Source: Cetorhinus maximus
Taxonomy: Eukaryota
Assembly (NCBI RefSeq): GCF_964194155.1
Contig: NC_135883.1
Span: 52,328,001-52,392,000, forward strand
DNA: 64,000 nt
Reading direction: 5' to 3'
The stretch's first letter is position 1. The number at the start of each line of letters is the position of its first letter. The position numbers were made by a program, and so were the translations under genes. Below the pieces are notes generated by a model. That model saw only the letters and a program-made list of their open reading frames with translations, was not told where the DNA came from and did no database searches. Positions 50,926 to 63,287 of this stretch are shown in pieces.

Positions 50926-51830
50926 GGTAAACGGTAAGCCGCTAGAATGGTGATGGCGAGGGAGTCATCACTGGCTGTCTTTGAGTTTCATGGGGAAGTG
51001 GTTGGATTTTGTCTATTTGGAGATGCTCATTGCCTGCCACTTGTATAGTGCGAATGTTACTAGCTACTTAAATCAGCCTGAGACTGAATGTTGTCCAGGC
51101 CTTGCTGCACTTGGGCACGATTGTTTCAGTATCTGAAGAGTTGCAAACGATACCGAACATTGTGCAGTCATCAGTGGAAATTCCCACTTCTGACCTTATG
51201 TTAGGGGGGAGGTCATTGAGGAACTCCTGCAGCATGTCCTGGGACTGAGATGATTGGCCTCCAACGGCAACAGCCGCTTTCCTTTGTGCTAGATATGACT
51301 CTAATCAGTGGAGAGTTTTTCCCCTGATCCATGTTGCTAGGGCTCCTTGATGCCACACTCAGTCAAATGCTGCCTTGATCTTAAGGGCAGTCACTCTCAC
51401 CTCATCTCCTGGGTTCAGCTCTTTTTTCCATGTTTGAACCAAAGCTGTAATGAGGCCAGGACCTGAGTGACCCTGGAAGAACTCAAACTGAGTGAGCAGG
51501 TTATTGCTAAGCAAGTGCGGCTTGATAGGACTATTGATGACCGCTTCCATCACTTTAACATTTGAGAGTAGACTAATGGGGTGGTAATTGGCCAGATTGG
51601 ATTTATCTTGCCTTTTGTGGACAGGACATAGCTGGGCAATTTTCCACAATGTTGATAGATGCCTATATTATAGCTGTGCTGGAACAGCTTGGCTAGAGGC
51701 AGGCTAGTTCTGGAGCACAAGCCTTCAGTAATACAAACAGGATTTTGTTGTGACCCATAGCTTTTGCAGTATGCAGTGCCTTCAGCCATTTAATGATATC
51801 GTGTGGAGTGAATCAAATTGCCTGAAGACT

Positions 51831-52022
51831 AGAATTAAAACAGAAAAAGCCTGCAATACTCAGCAGATCTGACAGCATCTGAGAAGAGAGAAACAGAGTT
51901 AACATTTCAGGTTGATGAGCTTTAAAGGGCACCTCTCTCCATCGATGCCAGACCTGCTTATTATTTCCAGCATTTTCTGGTGTTATTTCAAATTTCCAAC
52001 ATTTGCAGTATTTTGCTTTTGT
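51831..52022. mobile_element. Palindromic Penelope-derived mini-element
   Basis: Inverted pLTR ends; 9-bp TSD CTGAAGACT (51822-51830, 52023-52031). Confidence 0.75.
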
Positions 52023-52189
52023 CTGAAGACTGCCTTCTGTTATAGTGGGGACCTGGGGAAGGGGCTTAGATGGATTACAGGCATAGATGGATTACAGGCA
52101 GAGACTCTCTCAATATGATGAAGTAACAATTCCTCAGGCAGCTCAGGATTTCTCAGCAGGTTGCTGCTGACATCTGTAGCCTCCTGGAA

Positions 52190-52570
52190 CAAAATCTGTT
52201 TCCTAGGTGGGCACACATTGCCAGTGGCCTTCAGGGTCAGCATTGCCCCAAATTTCTTCACTTCTGACTCATCCTGGGGGTCTGATGGTGACATCTCCAG
52301 GATTTCACAATCAACTGTCCACAAGTGCTTCTCCTAAGTGATCGATGCCATGTTTGCCAAGGCTGTTACTTTGCCCACTTTGCCACTGACAAGGCCAGTC
52401 AGAACCAGAGGGCTCTTGCATTTGCTGCAGTGCCTGGATTTCTCACAGGTACAGACAGATATAGGCTACAGATGTGTGGCAATCAAGATGCACTCAGATC
52501 AACCAAAAGTCTTTGTCAATCAGAAGGGATTCCACTGCCTAGAATGTTCAGCTGGTATGTAGTCACTGGA
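52190..52570 (+). pseudogene. Decayed PIF/Harbinger (HARBI1-like, DDE_Tnp_4) transposase fragment
   Basis: Across frameshifts: LPVAFRVSIAPNFFTS..GDISRISQSTVHKC..VIDAMF..FAAVPGF..QVQ..VAIK..FVNQKGFH..NVQLVC, matching the Harbinger GFPxVxGxID / NRKGxHSxNVQ motifs. Confidence 0.8.
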
Positions 52571-52654
52571 AAGTGAAACAAGTGGTGACAGCAAATTCAA
52601 CATCAGTGATTGTTATGTGCTAAGAGTCAGTGCGGTATCTAATTCTGTCACTAG

Positions 52655-54090
52655 GGTCTGGATTTTACAGCCCCTGCTGGGTTTGTTTTCATTGTGGGGG
52701 GGTGGGGGGGGTGGTTGGTGGGGCAGGGGGTTTGGTGGGGGGGTGGGCAGGGGGTTTGGGGGAGGGGGGCAGGGGTTTTGGCGGGGGGGGGCAGGGGTTT
52801 GGGGGTGGGGGTGGGGGGCCAGGGGGTGCACATAAAATATGCCCAGTGCCTTCCCACCAAGCCCCCGGCTTGGTCCCCATAATATGGGAGTTGGTAAGGC
52901 ACCCACTAGCCCGCCTGCATGTACACCTGTTGAGGCTCTTAAGTGGCCAATAATGGTCACTTACAGTCCTCAATCAGCCTCCACTGCCATAATACGCTGG
53001 GCAGTGGAAGGCGGGGGAGAGTGGGAAGGCCACTTACAGCGAGGAAGGCTTTCAAAGCTTGCAGAGAGATCTGGACCAACTGGAAAAATGGGCCAGAAAA
53101 TGGCAGATGGAATTTAATCCGGAAAAGTGAGAGGTGTTACATTTTGGAAGGTCAAACCAAGGTAGGACATACACAGTAAATGGTAGGGCACTGAGGAGTG
53201 CGGAGGAACAAAGGGATCTGGGAGTTCAGATATATAATTCCCTGAAAGTGGCGTCACAGGTAGACAAGGTTGTAAAGAAAGCTTTTGGCATACTGGCCTT
53301 CATAAATCAAAGTATTGAGTATAGGAGTTGGGATGTTATGGTGAGGTTGTATAAGACATTGGTGAGGCCAACTTTGGAGTATTGTGTGCAGTTCTGGTCG
53401 CCTAACTTCAGGAAAGATATCAGTAAGATTGAGAGAGTGCAGAGAAGATTTACTAGGATGTTGCTGGGTCTTAAGGAGTTGAGTTATAGGGAAAGATTAA
53501 ACAGGTTAGGACTTTATTCCTTGGAGCGTAGAAGAATGAGGGGAGATGTGATAGAAGTTTACAAAATTGTGAGGGGTATAGACAGAGTAAATGCGAGTAG
53601 GCTCTTTCCACTTAGATTAGGAGAAATAAACACAAGAGGATATGGCTTTAGGGTGAAAGGGGAAAGGTTTAGGGGGAACATTAGGGGGAACTTCTTCACT
53701 CAGAGAGTGGTGAGAGTGTGGAACGAGCTACCATCTGACGTGGTAAATGTAGGCTCACTCTTAAGTTTTAAGAATAAATTAGATAGATACATGGATGGGA
53801 GAGGTCTGGAGGGTTATGGACTAGGTGCAGGTCAATGGAACTAGCGGAATAATATTTCGGCACAGACTAGAAGGGCCGAACGGCCTGTTTTCTGTGCTGT
53901 AGTGTTCTATGGTTCTATGGTTCATATTTGTATCCAAGTTGGTGAAAAGGCAAGAAGGAAGGTTTGGGTACATCATTTGGAAGGGATCCCAGTGGACATT
54001 GGGGGCAACACCCACCCCCCGCCCCACCCCCCGACCCCCGTAAGATTGTACTCCACCTGGCCTCCTGGCTGCCCCTGTAAAATTCAGCCC
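52655..54090. mobile_element. Harbinger-type MITE containing a CR1 insertion and a G-rich tract
   Basis: TIRs GGTCTGGATTTTACAG / CTGTAAAATTCAGCCC, TSD TAG/CAG. Confidence 0.7.
53036..53923 (+). mobile_element. Relatively young 5'-truncated CR1 (HER1-like)
   Basis: Uninterrupted 236-aa ORF2 C-terminus (53134-53844); tail GGGCCGAACGGCCTGTTTTCTGTGCTGTAGTG followed by TTCTATGG repeats. Confidence 0.95.
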
Positions 54091-54124
54091 CAGATATATG
54101 TGAGACCCCCATCTCTGCATCGCT

Positions 54125-54540
54125 AATGGTCATGCATGCACCACCCTGCTGCTCTCCAAGGCCTCCTCTTCCAAAGTGGTTAGGGTGGCTATCACTGGAG
54201 GGTAACCCCCGTCTCTCTGCCTCTCCCTGGATTTCTGCACTCTCTTCCCCTGCAAGGAGAGAAAGAAGAGAGATTTGAGTATAAGAAATGGAGTGTATGG
54301 AGAGGATGGAATGACAGCATTTATGGATTGTGACTGTGAGGGATGAGTATGAGATGTCGATAAGATGAGGGTAAGTGTCAGTGTTGGCTACTGTCCATTG
54401 CATCTACCACTTCATCTCTGTCCACTTGCCCTGTGAGGGCCTTCTTCCTCCTCAGAGGGAAGCAATATTTCAACTGTGGGCCCTTAGCAGGACTAAACAT
54501 TGGGGTAGCCTTCTCACATTGCATTTCAATTTCTGTGTTT
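54125..54540 (-). pseudogene. Probable decayed Harbinger Myb/SANT-like partner gene, spliced
   Basis: Minus-strand acceptor CTTTCTCTCCTTGCAG followed by GKRVQKSRERQRDGGYPPVIATLTTLEEEALES, resembling the 'RE..TGGGP..LT..EE..LE' motif of Harbinger Myb/SANT proteins. Confidence 0.55.
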
Positions 54541-55309
54541 GAGGAAGCCTCACTAACTGATGCAGAATGCAGCCATTCTGACCCCTGCAGCAGTGGTCCC
54601 TTTAATTAGACATCCTTCCATTGACAGGTGCAGGTCATGATCACAGCAAGGGTCTGTGATTGGTCAGGAAACCTGGAAGCAAGATGCTAATGCCATGTCT
54701 AAATTAAACAGCCATGGCAAAACCCACTCCGCAAAAGATTGAGTTCCTTAAGTTTCCACACCACCCATCAGAGCACCCAACTTTTCTAAGGTCAATGGAT
54801 TTTGACTTTTCCTTCATCCACTTGAAGTTGACTTTTTCAGATCTGTATTCTTGGCTGTTGAATACTATATCAAATTGAACTTTGTAAATGAGAAGGCTGA
54901 TGCTATTTATAACTTGATGAATAGTGAATGCTTTATGGATAAGTCTGTTGTCAATGAAAGTCTTTCTGGGTGGATGGGTAGGATGTCAACAACTGGCAAT
55001 AATGGCCAGAATAAATGAACCTGCAGTGAAACACTTTTGATTATGTTAGGTACAGGAGGAAAACAGTTCTGTTGTTTGCAGTTAATCTTTGTCTTTGAAA
55101 AAAAATTGTTTTGATGGTGCATAGCATGTGTGAAATATGGTATGATTGACTGAGTTTGTTCAAAGTTGTGATCGCAAGGAAATCAAATATGCAATGTTGT
55201 CCAGTCTTGCCTGTTTCTAAAAGAGTTTTGACTGAATAAAGTAATTTCAGTGTTTCATAATGGCTGACGGAACAATTAAAAAGTTATTGAAAGCACAGCA
55301 CCACTAGTA

Positions 55310-56585
55310 TGTCTTGAGATTAGAAGGTTTTTTGAGCTTAGAAGGTTGAAGGTTGACTAAAATGATAAAAAGATTTGATAGGGTACAGTCAGAGAAATTA
55401 TTTCCCCCACTGGGGAAACCCAGAACAACAAAGCACAATCTTATGGTTAGAGCTAAGCTATGTAGGAGTGAAATCAGTGGTGTTTTTCATACAAAGTGTG
55501 GAAATATGGAACTCTGCTCCTCAGATGCTGGGTCAATTGAAATATCTAAGTCTGAGATTGGCATAGTTTTTTTTAGGTAAGGGTATTGAGGGATGTAGAA
55601 TCATAAAAAATAAAGAACAGCATATTGTACCTGTGCCTGCTGTTTGGAAAAGCTATCCAATTAGTTCTGCTCCCCTACTCTTTTCCCCATAGCCTGCATA
55701 CTTACCTCCTTCAATTATCCAATTCCTCTTTGAAAGTTACTATTGAATCTGTTTCCATCATCCTTACAGGCAGTACATTCTTGATTGTAACAATTTACTG
55801 TATAAACTATTTTTGCCCTTGTGTTGCCTCTGGTTCTGTTGTCACTTACCTTAAATCTGTGTCCTTTCAGTATTGAGCTTTCTCCACTGGAAACAACTTC
55901 TCCTTATTTACTCTATTAGACTCTTCATGGTTTTGAGCATCTCCATTAAATCTCTCTTCCACTCTTCCTGCCCTAAGGAGAACAATGCCAGCTGTTCATA
56001 TAACTGAAGTCCCCCATCCTTGCTACCATTCTATTAAATCTCTGTACCACTCGCCAAGGTTTGACATCCTTCCTAAATCCTGGTGCCCAGAATTGCACTT
56101 GATTCTCCAGCTGGGTCCTAACCAGTGTTTTGTCAAGATTAGATATATTGCCTCACCTCATTCTTCCTCTCAAAATGAATCACTTCATATTTCTCTGTGT
56201 GTTCAAATGCATCAGTTGTGTTTCTATTCAGTTTATCTGTCTGCCCATGGCATCCTGAAGTCTGGTACTATCCGATCACTGTTTACTATTGTGTTTCATG
56301 TCAAACTTCAAAATGATCTCCTGTATCCTCAAGTCCAGATCATTAATATATATCCATATATAAAATATATACTTTCCTCCAGTCTGAAAAATTAACATTC
56401 ACAACTACTCTCTGCTTTCTGTCCCTGAGCCAATTTCCTTTCTATGTAGTAACAGCTCTTTTAATCCCATAGGCATCAATGGATCAACAGCAGGCAATGA
56501 GTTGAAGTACAGGTCAGCCATGATCTAACTGAATGGTGGAACAGGCTCGAGGGGTGAAAGGCCTATTCCTGTTCCTATATTCCTC
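55310..56585. mobile_element. Decayed CR1 3' end (+) split by an antisense CR1 fragment (about 55600-56478, -)
   Basis: CR1 ORF2 C-terminal remnants on both strands; + strand tail GGCTCGAGGGGTGAAAGGCCTATTCCTGTTCC at about 56545-56580. Confidence 0.7.
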
Positions 56586-58024
56586 TCTGTGAGTCACCTA
56601 TAATGTTACTTGAAAAATGAGTAGATTTAATTAGCGAAAAAGCCATCACAAAGAAAAAGTAATTACATACAGAATGGTTTTAGGGTGAAAACTAATGTTT
56701 ACATCGACCCCAACACATTGTTTCTGCCAGTATTACTGTTAGTGACATAAAACACCTCTTCTTTAAACATTTTGGGGAGTATTTTTGTATGAGGGATGAC
56801 AGCTGGAGATCACAAAATTATTTCAGATTGGGCTCAAATTGCAAAAATTTTGCATCTCCAGCCCAAGTGTAGGCTGGATCAGATAAAGCTCTTGCTCTGT
56901 GCCAACAATGCACTTAGAAAAATATAAGGGAAGGCAGAAATAAAAACAAAGGTCATTTGGTCCTTGAAAGCTTTTAATTCTGATGTATTAACTCCCCATC
57001 ATTGTGTGAGTCCTTGTTCACTTTGATAAGTTTTATCAAATACTCAATCATTTTTAAGCTTACAGAATGGGTGTTTTACATTGAGTAGGCACACAAGTTT
57101 TGTCTTGACAAGGCTGCGTTGCTATATTTGGAAATGAGATTCCAATTCCCGCTGCACCAGTGTGAGACATTAATTTCCTACATTGTCCATCCTTCTAGAT
57201 CTGAGTGACATTTCCAACTTATTAACAATCATTGCTGAATTGTGTTTCAATTTGTATTGTGAACTCAGGCTGACTAGAAACTGTCTAAAAATAATTTTGC
57301 TTAGGACTCATACAGAGGAAGGAAACCTCAGGGATTTAAATTCAGACTATTCTAGATTGGTAGAGCGAGGGCTTTTATTCTATCAATCAACCATTTGATC
57401 AACTCCAGCCGTCAGTCCATTCCTAAACGTAAATTTAGCGAGCTCCCTATCAGGGAATTGACTGAGAGCATTGTTGGTCGTCAATTCCACTTATCAAATA
57501 ATCTGTGGGGTATCTTGTAACTTTAACCTTGCTTGAAACACATTAATTTCATGCTTTTGACTGACAGTTGTGCACTGTCCAAGCTGAATAGCTTGTTCAT
57601 TGTTTCCATGCCCATCATTCTAAAAGCCCACATCTAAAGCTGGAGTCTTCTCCACGTTCCCAACAGAAATGGTGTGGGTTGCTGGTGGAAAATGGAGCAG
57701 AATTTGGCAATGAAGTGCATCGCTACCTCAACATCTTGATGTGGATTTCCTGCCACAACTGGAACCTGCGACATGTAACAATGTGATGGGGTAGTGTCCC
57801 AGGAGGATTTGCCTGACCCAAATATTGCTGATTTATGGGGCTGCCATGGGGAAGGTGGTGATCCCCCAGTTTAGGGGCTGAGCTTTGTAGCATTCTCCCT
57901 TCTCTCCACTCTGGCCCACACTTACCTTTCTAAATATGCCTCCATCGCAGTCAATAACTGGCTGCTGAATCCATGATCTAAGGCTCTTCCACCACTTCAA
58001 TGCCCACTGCTTCCTCTAGTACTG

Positions 58025-61000
58025 TTTTTATTTTGATTCATTCACGGGATGTGGGCTTCACTGGCTGAGCCAGTATTTATTGCCCATCCCTAATTTCCCT
58101 GAGAAGGTGGTGGTGAGCAGTCTTCTTGAACCGCTTCAATCCATGTGGTGTAGTTACACCCACGGTGCTGTGAGGGAGGGAGTTCCAGGGTTTTGACCCA
58201 TTGACAGTGAAGGAAAGGTGATATTTCCAGTCAGGATGTTGAGTGGCTTGGAGGGGAACTTCCAGGTGGTGGAGTTCCCATCTATCTGCTGCCCTTGTCC
58301 TTTTAGATGGTAGTTGTCGTGGTTTTGGAAAGTGCTGTATGAGGAGCCTTAGTGAGTTTCTGCAGTGCATCTTGTAGATGGTACACACTGCTGCTACTGT
58401 GCTTTGGTGGTGCAGGGAGTGAATATTTATGGATAGGGTGCCAATCAAGCGGGCTGATTTGTTCTGGATGGTGTCAAGCTTCTTGAGTGTTTTTGAGCTG
58501 CAGTCATCCAGGCAAGTGGAGAGTATTCCATCACACTCCTGACTTGTGCCTTGTAGATGGTGGACAGGCTTTGGGGAGTCAGGATGTAAGTTACTTGTCA
58601 CAGGATTCCTAGCCTCCAGCCTGCTGTTGTAGTTAATAGTATTTATATGGCTAGTCCAATTCAGCTTCTGGTCAATGGTAACCCCAGGATGTTGATAGTA
58701 CAGGATTCAGTGATAGCTATGCTATTGAATGTCAAGGGGTGATGATCAGATTCTTTCTTGTTGGAGATGGTCATTGCCTGGCACTTGTGTGGCACGAATG
58801 TTACTTGCCACTTGTCAGCCCAAGCCTGGGTAATATCCAGGACTTGCTGCATTTGGACATGGGACTGCTTCGGTATCGAGGAGTCACGAATGGTGCTGAA
58901 CATTGTGCAATCAGCGAACATCCCCACTTCTGACCTTATGATGGAGGGAAAGTCATTGATGAAGCAGCTAAAGATGGTTGGGCCTAGGACACAACCCTGA
59001 GGAACTCTTGCAGTGATGTCCTGGAACTGTGATGACTGACCTCCAACAACCACAGCCATCTTCCTTTGTGCTAGGTATGACTCCAAGTAGTGAAGAGTTT
59101 TCCCCTGATTCCCATTGGCTCCAGTTTTGCTCGGGCTCCTTCATACCACACTCGGTCAAATGCAGCCATGCTGTCAAGGGCAGTCAATCTCACCTCACCT
59201 TGGGTGTTCAGTCTTTTTTCCATGTTTGAACCAAGGCTGTAATGAGGTCAGGAGCTAAATGGCCCTGGCAGAACCCAAACTGGGCATCAGTGAGCAGGTT
59301 ATTGCTAATCAAGTGCAGCTTGATGGCACTGTTGATGACCCCTCCCATTAATTCACTGATGATCAAGAGTAGACTGATGGAGTGGTAGTTGGCCAGGTTG
59401 GATTTGTCCTGCTTTTTGTGTACAGGACATACCTGGGCAATTTTCCATATTGCTAGGTAGATGCCAGTGTTGTAGCTGTACTGGAATAGCTTGGCTAGGG
59501 ACGCGGCAAGTCTTCAGCACTATTGTCGGAATATTGTCAGGACCCATAGCCTTTGCAATATCCAGTGCCTCCAGACGTTTCTTGATATCAGGTGGAGTAA
59601 ATCGAATTGGCTAAAGACTGGCATCTGTGATGCTGGGGACCTCCAGGAGAGGTTGAGATGGATCATCCACTCGTCATTTGTGCCTGAAGATTGTAGCAAG
59701 TGCTTCAGCCTTATCTTTTGCACTGATGTGCTGGGCTCCCCCATCATTGACAGTCAGGATGTATGCTGATCTTCCTCCTCTAGTGAATTGCTTAATTGGC
59801 CAACACCATTCAAGACTGGATATGACAGGACTGCAGAGCTTAGATGAGGTCTGTTGGTTGTGGAACCGCTTAGCTCCGTCTATCACTTGCTGTTTATGCG
59901 GTTTGGTACTCAAGGAGTCCTGTGTTGTAGCTTCACCAGGTTGACACCTCATTTTAGGTATGCCTGGTGCTGCTCCTGGCATGTCTTCCTGCTCTCTTTA
60001 TTGAACCAGGGTTGATCCCCTGGTTTGGTGGTAACGGTAGAGTGGGGGATATGCCGGGCCATGAGGTTGCAATTGTGATTGAGTACAGTTCTGGTGCTGC
60101 TGATGGCCTGCAGCTCCTCACAGTTGCCCAGTCTTGAGTTGCTAGATCTGTTCTAAATCTATCCCATTTAGCAAGGCTACACAACATGATGGAAGGTATC
60201 CTCAATGTGAAGACAGGACTTTGTCTCCACAAGGACTATGCATTGATCACTCCTACCAATACTGCCATGACACATGCATCTGCGGCAGGCAGGTTGGTGA
60301 GAATGAGGTCAAGTATGTTTATCCCTCTTGTTGGTTCCCTCACCACCTGCCACAGACCCAGCTATGTCCTTTAGGACTCGGCCAGCAGTGGTGCTACCGA
60401 GCCACTCTCGGTGATGGACATTGAATTCCCACACCTAGAGTACCTTCTGCACCCTTGCCACCCTCAGTGCTTCCTCCAAATGGTGTTCAACATGGAGGAG
60501 CACTGAGTCTTCAGATGAGGGGTTGGGGGGAGGGGAGGAGGGCGGTACTTGGTAATCAGCAGCAAGTTTCCTTGCCCATGTTTGGCCTGATGCCATGAGA
60601 CTGGAGTCAATGTTGAGGACTCCTAGGGTAACTTCCTACCGACTGGATACCACCTCTGCTGGGCCTGTCCTGCTGTTGGGACAGGACATACCTGGTGATG
60701 GTGGAGTCTGGGACATTGTCTGTAAGGTATGATAGGTCGGTCCATCTGGTTTCATTGTTTCGTTTCTTTGAGACTTTTTAGCGGCTTGATACAACTGAAT
60801 GGCATGCTAGGCCATTTCAGAGTCAACCACATTCCTGTGGGGTCTGGAGTCACATATAGGCCAGACTAAAGGACATTAGTGAACCAGATGGGTTTTTACG
60901 ACAATTGACAATGGTTTTGTAGTCATCATTAGACTCTTAGCTCCAGATTTGAATTGAATTCAAATTCCACCATCTGTGGTGGTGGGATTTGAACCAGCAT

Positions 61001-61058
61001 TACCCTGGGTCTCTGGATTAGTAGTCTAGTGACAATACCACTCTGCCACCACCTCCCC
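58025..61058 (-). mobile_element. Near full-length single-ORF LINE (APE+RT, CR1/Jockey group, possibly Zenon-like) with tRNA-like Pol III head
   Basis: RT VPQGCVLGPTIFSCFINDF..MFADC (58661-59086), C-terminal HSLHHQSTVAAVCTIYKMHC, APE remnants 60100-60730, A-rich tail at 58025-58045, head at 60820-61058. Confidence 0.9.
60985..61048 (-). promoter_or_regulatory. Type 2 RNA polymerase III internal promoter (A and B boxes)
   Basis: Minus-strand A box TGGCAGAGTGG (61038-61048) and B box GGTTCAAATCC (60985-60995), 42 nt apart, starting about 10 nt inside the element's 5' end. Confidence 0.75.
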
Positions 61059-62291
61059 TTTCATGGTAGTCCTACTGCAGTATTGTTTAGATTTCATGAC
61101 TGGAAAATAAGTGGGTTCTCTCATGCTCGTGGGAATTCTGCTGAGAACCTGCCATGCATCTCCAATGGCCATTGATCCATTGAAATGGATCAGATTTGGG
61201 GCAGAATCCAAGCGCAGGCAAAAGTACTGCCTTGTCAGAACTCAACCTTGAAGAGGAGGATCCTGCCTCTGCTTTCCATCCACCTTTTGCAATGAAAGAA
61301 ACCTTGGGCATGAATCTATTACTGACTTTAACAAAATACGCAATGGCGGCAAAGCAAGTTACATTACAATTATCCATTAATCCCATTCCATTTTCGATTA
61401 AAGCAAACATTTGCATGAGCATGCGAAGCTTGGTTGATCTAAACTTGCAATTACATGACCTGTAAGATACCTGAATTTGTACAAACATTCTTTACTCATT
61501 AGCTAGCATATTGGCAGTGGGAACTGCCAGTTTCTACTCATCATGCTTACATACATCTTATCGTGCCAGATACATGATGAGTCAATGTTGTTCTAATCTT
61601 TACAGTTTAGCGCAGTTCCAGTTTTTATTAGTAGGACGGTTAAAAGCTGCACTGTTAAGTGGACTACTTGTTCAGTTTGAAGGTCAAATTCCAATCAAAC
61701 TGGGTAATTTCCTGTAAACTGAGATTTGAATAAAAATAAGTAAAGATGGCATATTCATCACCTCTTTGGGTGCAGCTAGGCATTGTTCAACATTTTTCTG
61801 CCAACTCACATGCCAGAAGACTCGTACAGCATTTGAACCCACTATCTATTCCAAATGGTGAGGTCAAAGCAAAGTGATATCGAGCAGCATTGACTTTATT
61901 CTAAGTCCTAATTAACGACAACATAGATTTATTCAGGTGCATTTAATATAGAAATGAAACACCTCAAGCAGCTTCAAAGGGGTTTAAGGAAAGAAATAGC
62001 TGTGTGTAAAAAGATTAGGGATTATAAGGAGTGACCAAAGGCTTGGTCAGAGCGATGAGTTTTTAAGAGGATTTTAAAGAAGTGTAGTCAAAGGGTTTAG
62101 AGAAGGAATTCCAGGGCATTGTACTCAGGCAGTTGGAGGCGTGGCTGACAATTAAGGGAAGGGAAACTGCACAAGGGACCAGAGTCAGAGGAATGGTGGG
62201 TGTGTGTTAGGTGGGGAATTTAGGGTTGAAGAGAAAGGAAGGAGAACAGCATGCAGAAATTTGCACACAAGGATAAAAATTCAAACTTAAG

Positions 62292-63060
62292 GGGCAGAAT
62301 TTTCCCCCCGTTGGGGGGGATGTTGATGGGTGGGCGCTTGTGGGCGCGCTTCCGATCGGTGCATATTATGTGGGCGGGCCAATTAAGGCCCGCCCAGCGT
62401 GATGTCTGCAGGGAAGCGCTATGCACTCCCTGTGCGGGCAGGGGGGGATTCCCAAAATCGAGAGTGCGATCTTTCGCACATGCGCACGCAAGAGCGCACT
62501 CATCTCCCTGAGGCTAAGTGTAGCCTCAGGGAGATCACCTCTACTTTTAAAAATATTAAAAATAGAAAAAAAAATTCCCTTACATGGCCCCTCATGTGAC
62601 AATGTCACATGGGTTAGGACATGTTCATAATTTCTAAGAAAACTTTATTAAAATTTTTAAAATCCTACATGAAACCTCATCCCACCTATGCATGAGGTTT
62701 CATGTTTTTTCTAGTTGCCGCTGGGGCTCCTGGCCTGTCTGCCAACCTTAAGGTAATGATTACCACCCCTGCCTCTTCATCACTTCTCTCAACTCCTCCC
62801 ACTGTCTTTGTCTTGCCAAATTGTTTGTTCAACATCTAGCCTTGGATGAGCCATCCTCCTTACTTTAATTGATCTGTCAATGACCTCAATTGGCCATCGA
62901 CAGGTCGGCAGGTGCACAGTTAATTTTGCTGCGCCCCCGCCTTCCTGAAAATTTAAATCGAGTGCGGTGATGTCGGGAGTTCTGCCTGATGTCACCGCGC
63001 GTCATTTTACGCATCAGCGAGCGGGCTCCGACCCCGCTCACCGACGGTAAAATCCTGCCC
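62292..63060. mobile_element. PIF/Harbinger-type MITE
   Basis: TIRs GGGCAGAATTTT / AAAATCCTGCCC with perfect TSD AAG (62289-62291, 63061-63063). Confidence 0.9.
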
Positions 63061-63287
63061 AAGGTGTTAGGCCAACAAAAAGTCAATGTAGGTCAGCAAG
63101 GATACAAGTGAGGTCTTGTGCATAATCAGATACTGGCAGGAGAGTTTTAGATGTGCTGTAGCTTATGAAGGGTGGGGAGGAGGATGGCTCATCCAAGGCT
63201 AGATGTTGAACAAACAATTTGGCAAGACAAAGACAGTGGGAGGAGTTGAGAAAAGTGATGAAGAGGCAGGGGTGGTAATCATTACCT
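62751..63287. repeat. 110-bp inverted repeat (62751-62860 and 63178-63287)
   Basis: Arms are reverse complements with one mismatch (CTTCTCTC vs GAAAAG); spacer 317 bp. Confidence 0.93.

Larger units (their letters stand above)
47735..52060 (-). mobile_element. RT/3' portion of the tRNA-headed LINE family, interrupted by two Penelope-related insertions
   Basis: WKIAQLCPVHKRQDKSNLANYHPISLLS..VTALKIKAAFD (51359-51649); 47735-48389 and 50926-52060 are colinear with 58030-59640. Confidence 0.88.

Noticed and set aside
52613-52973. Gly-rich and Pro-rich ORFs
   Set aside because: Artefacts of a G-rich low-complexity tract inside a MITE.
60960-61058. tRNA gene
   Set aside because: A and B boxes are present, but I could not fold a full cloverleaf, there is no downstream T-run, and it is the head of a repeat.
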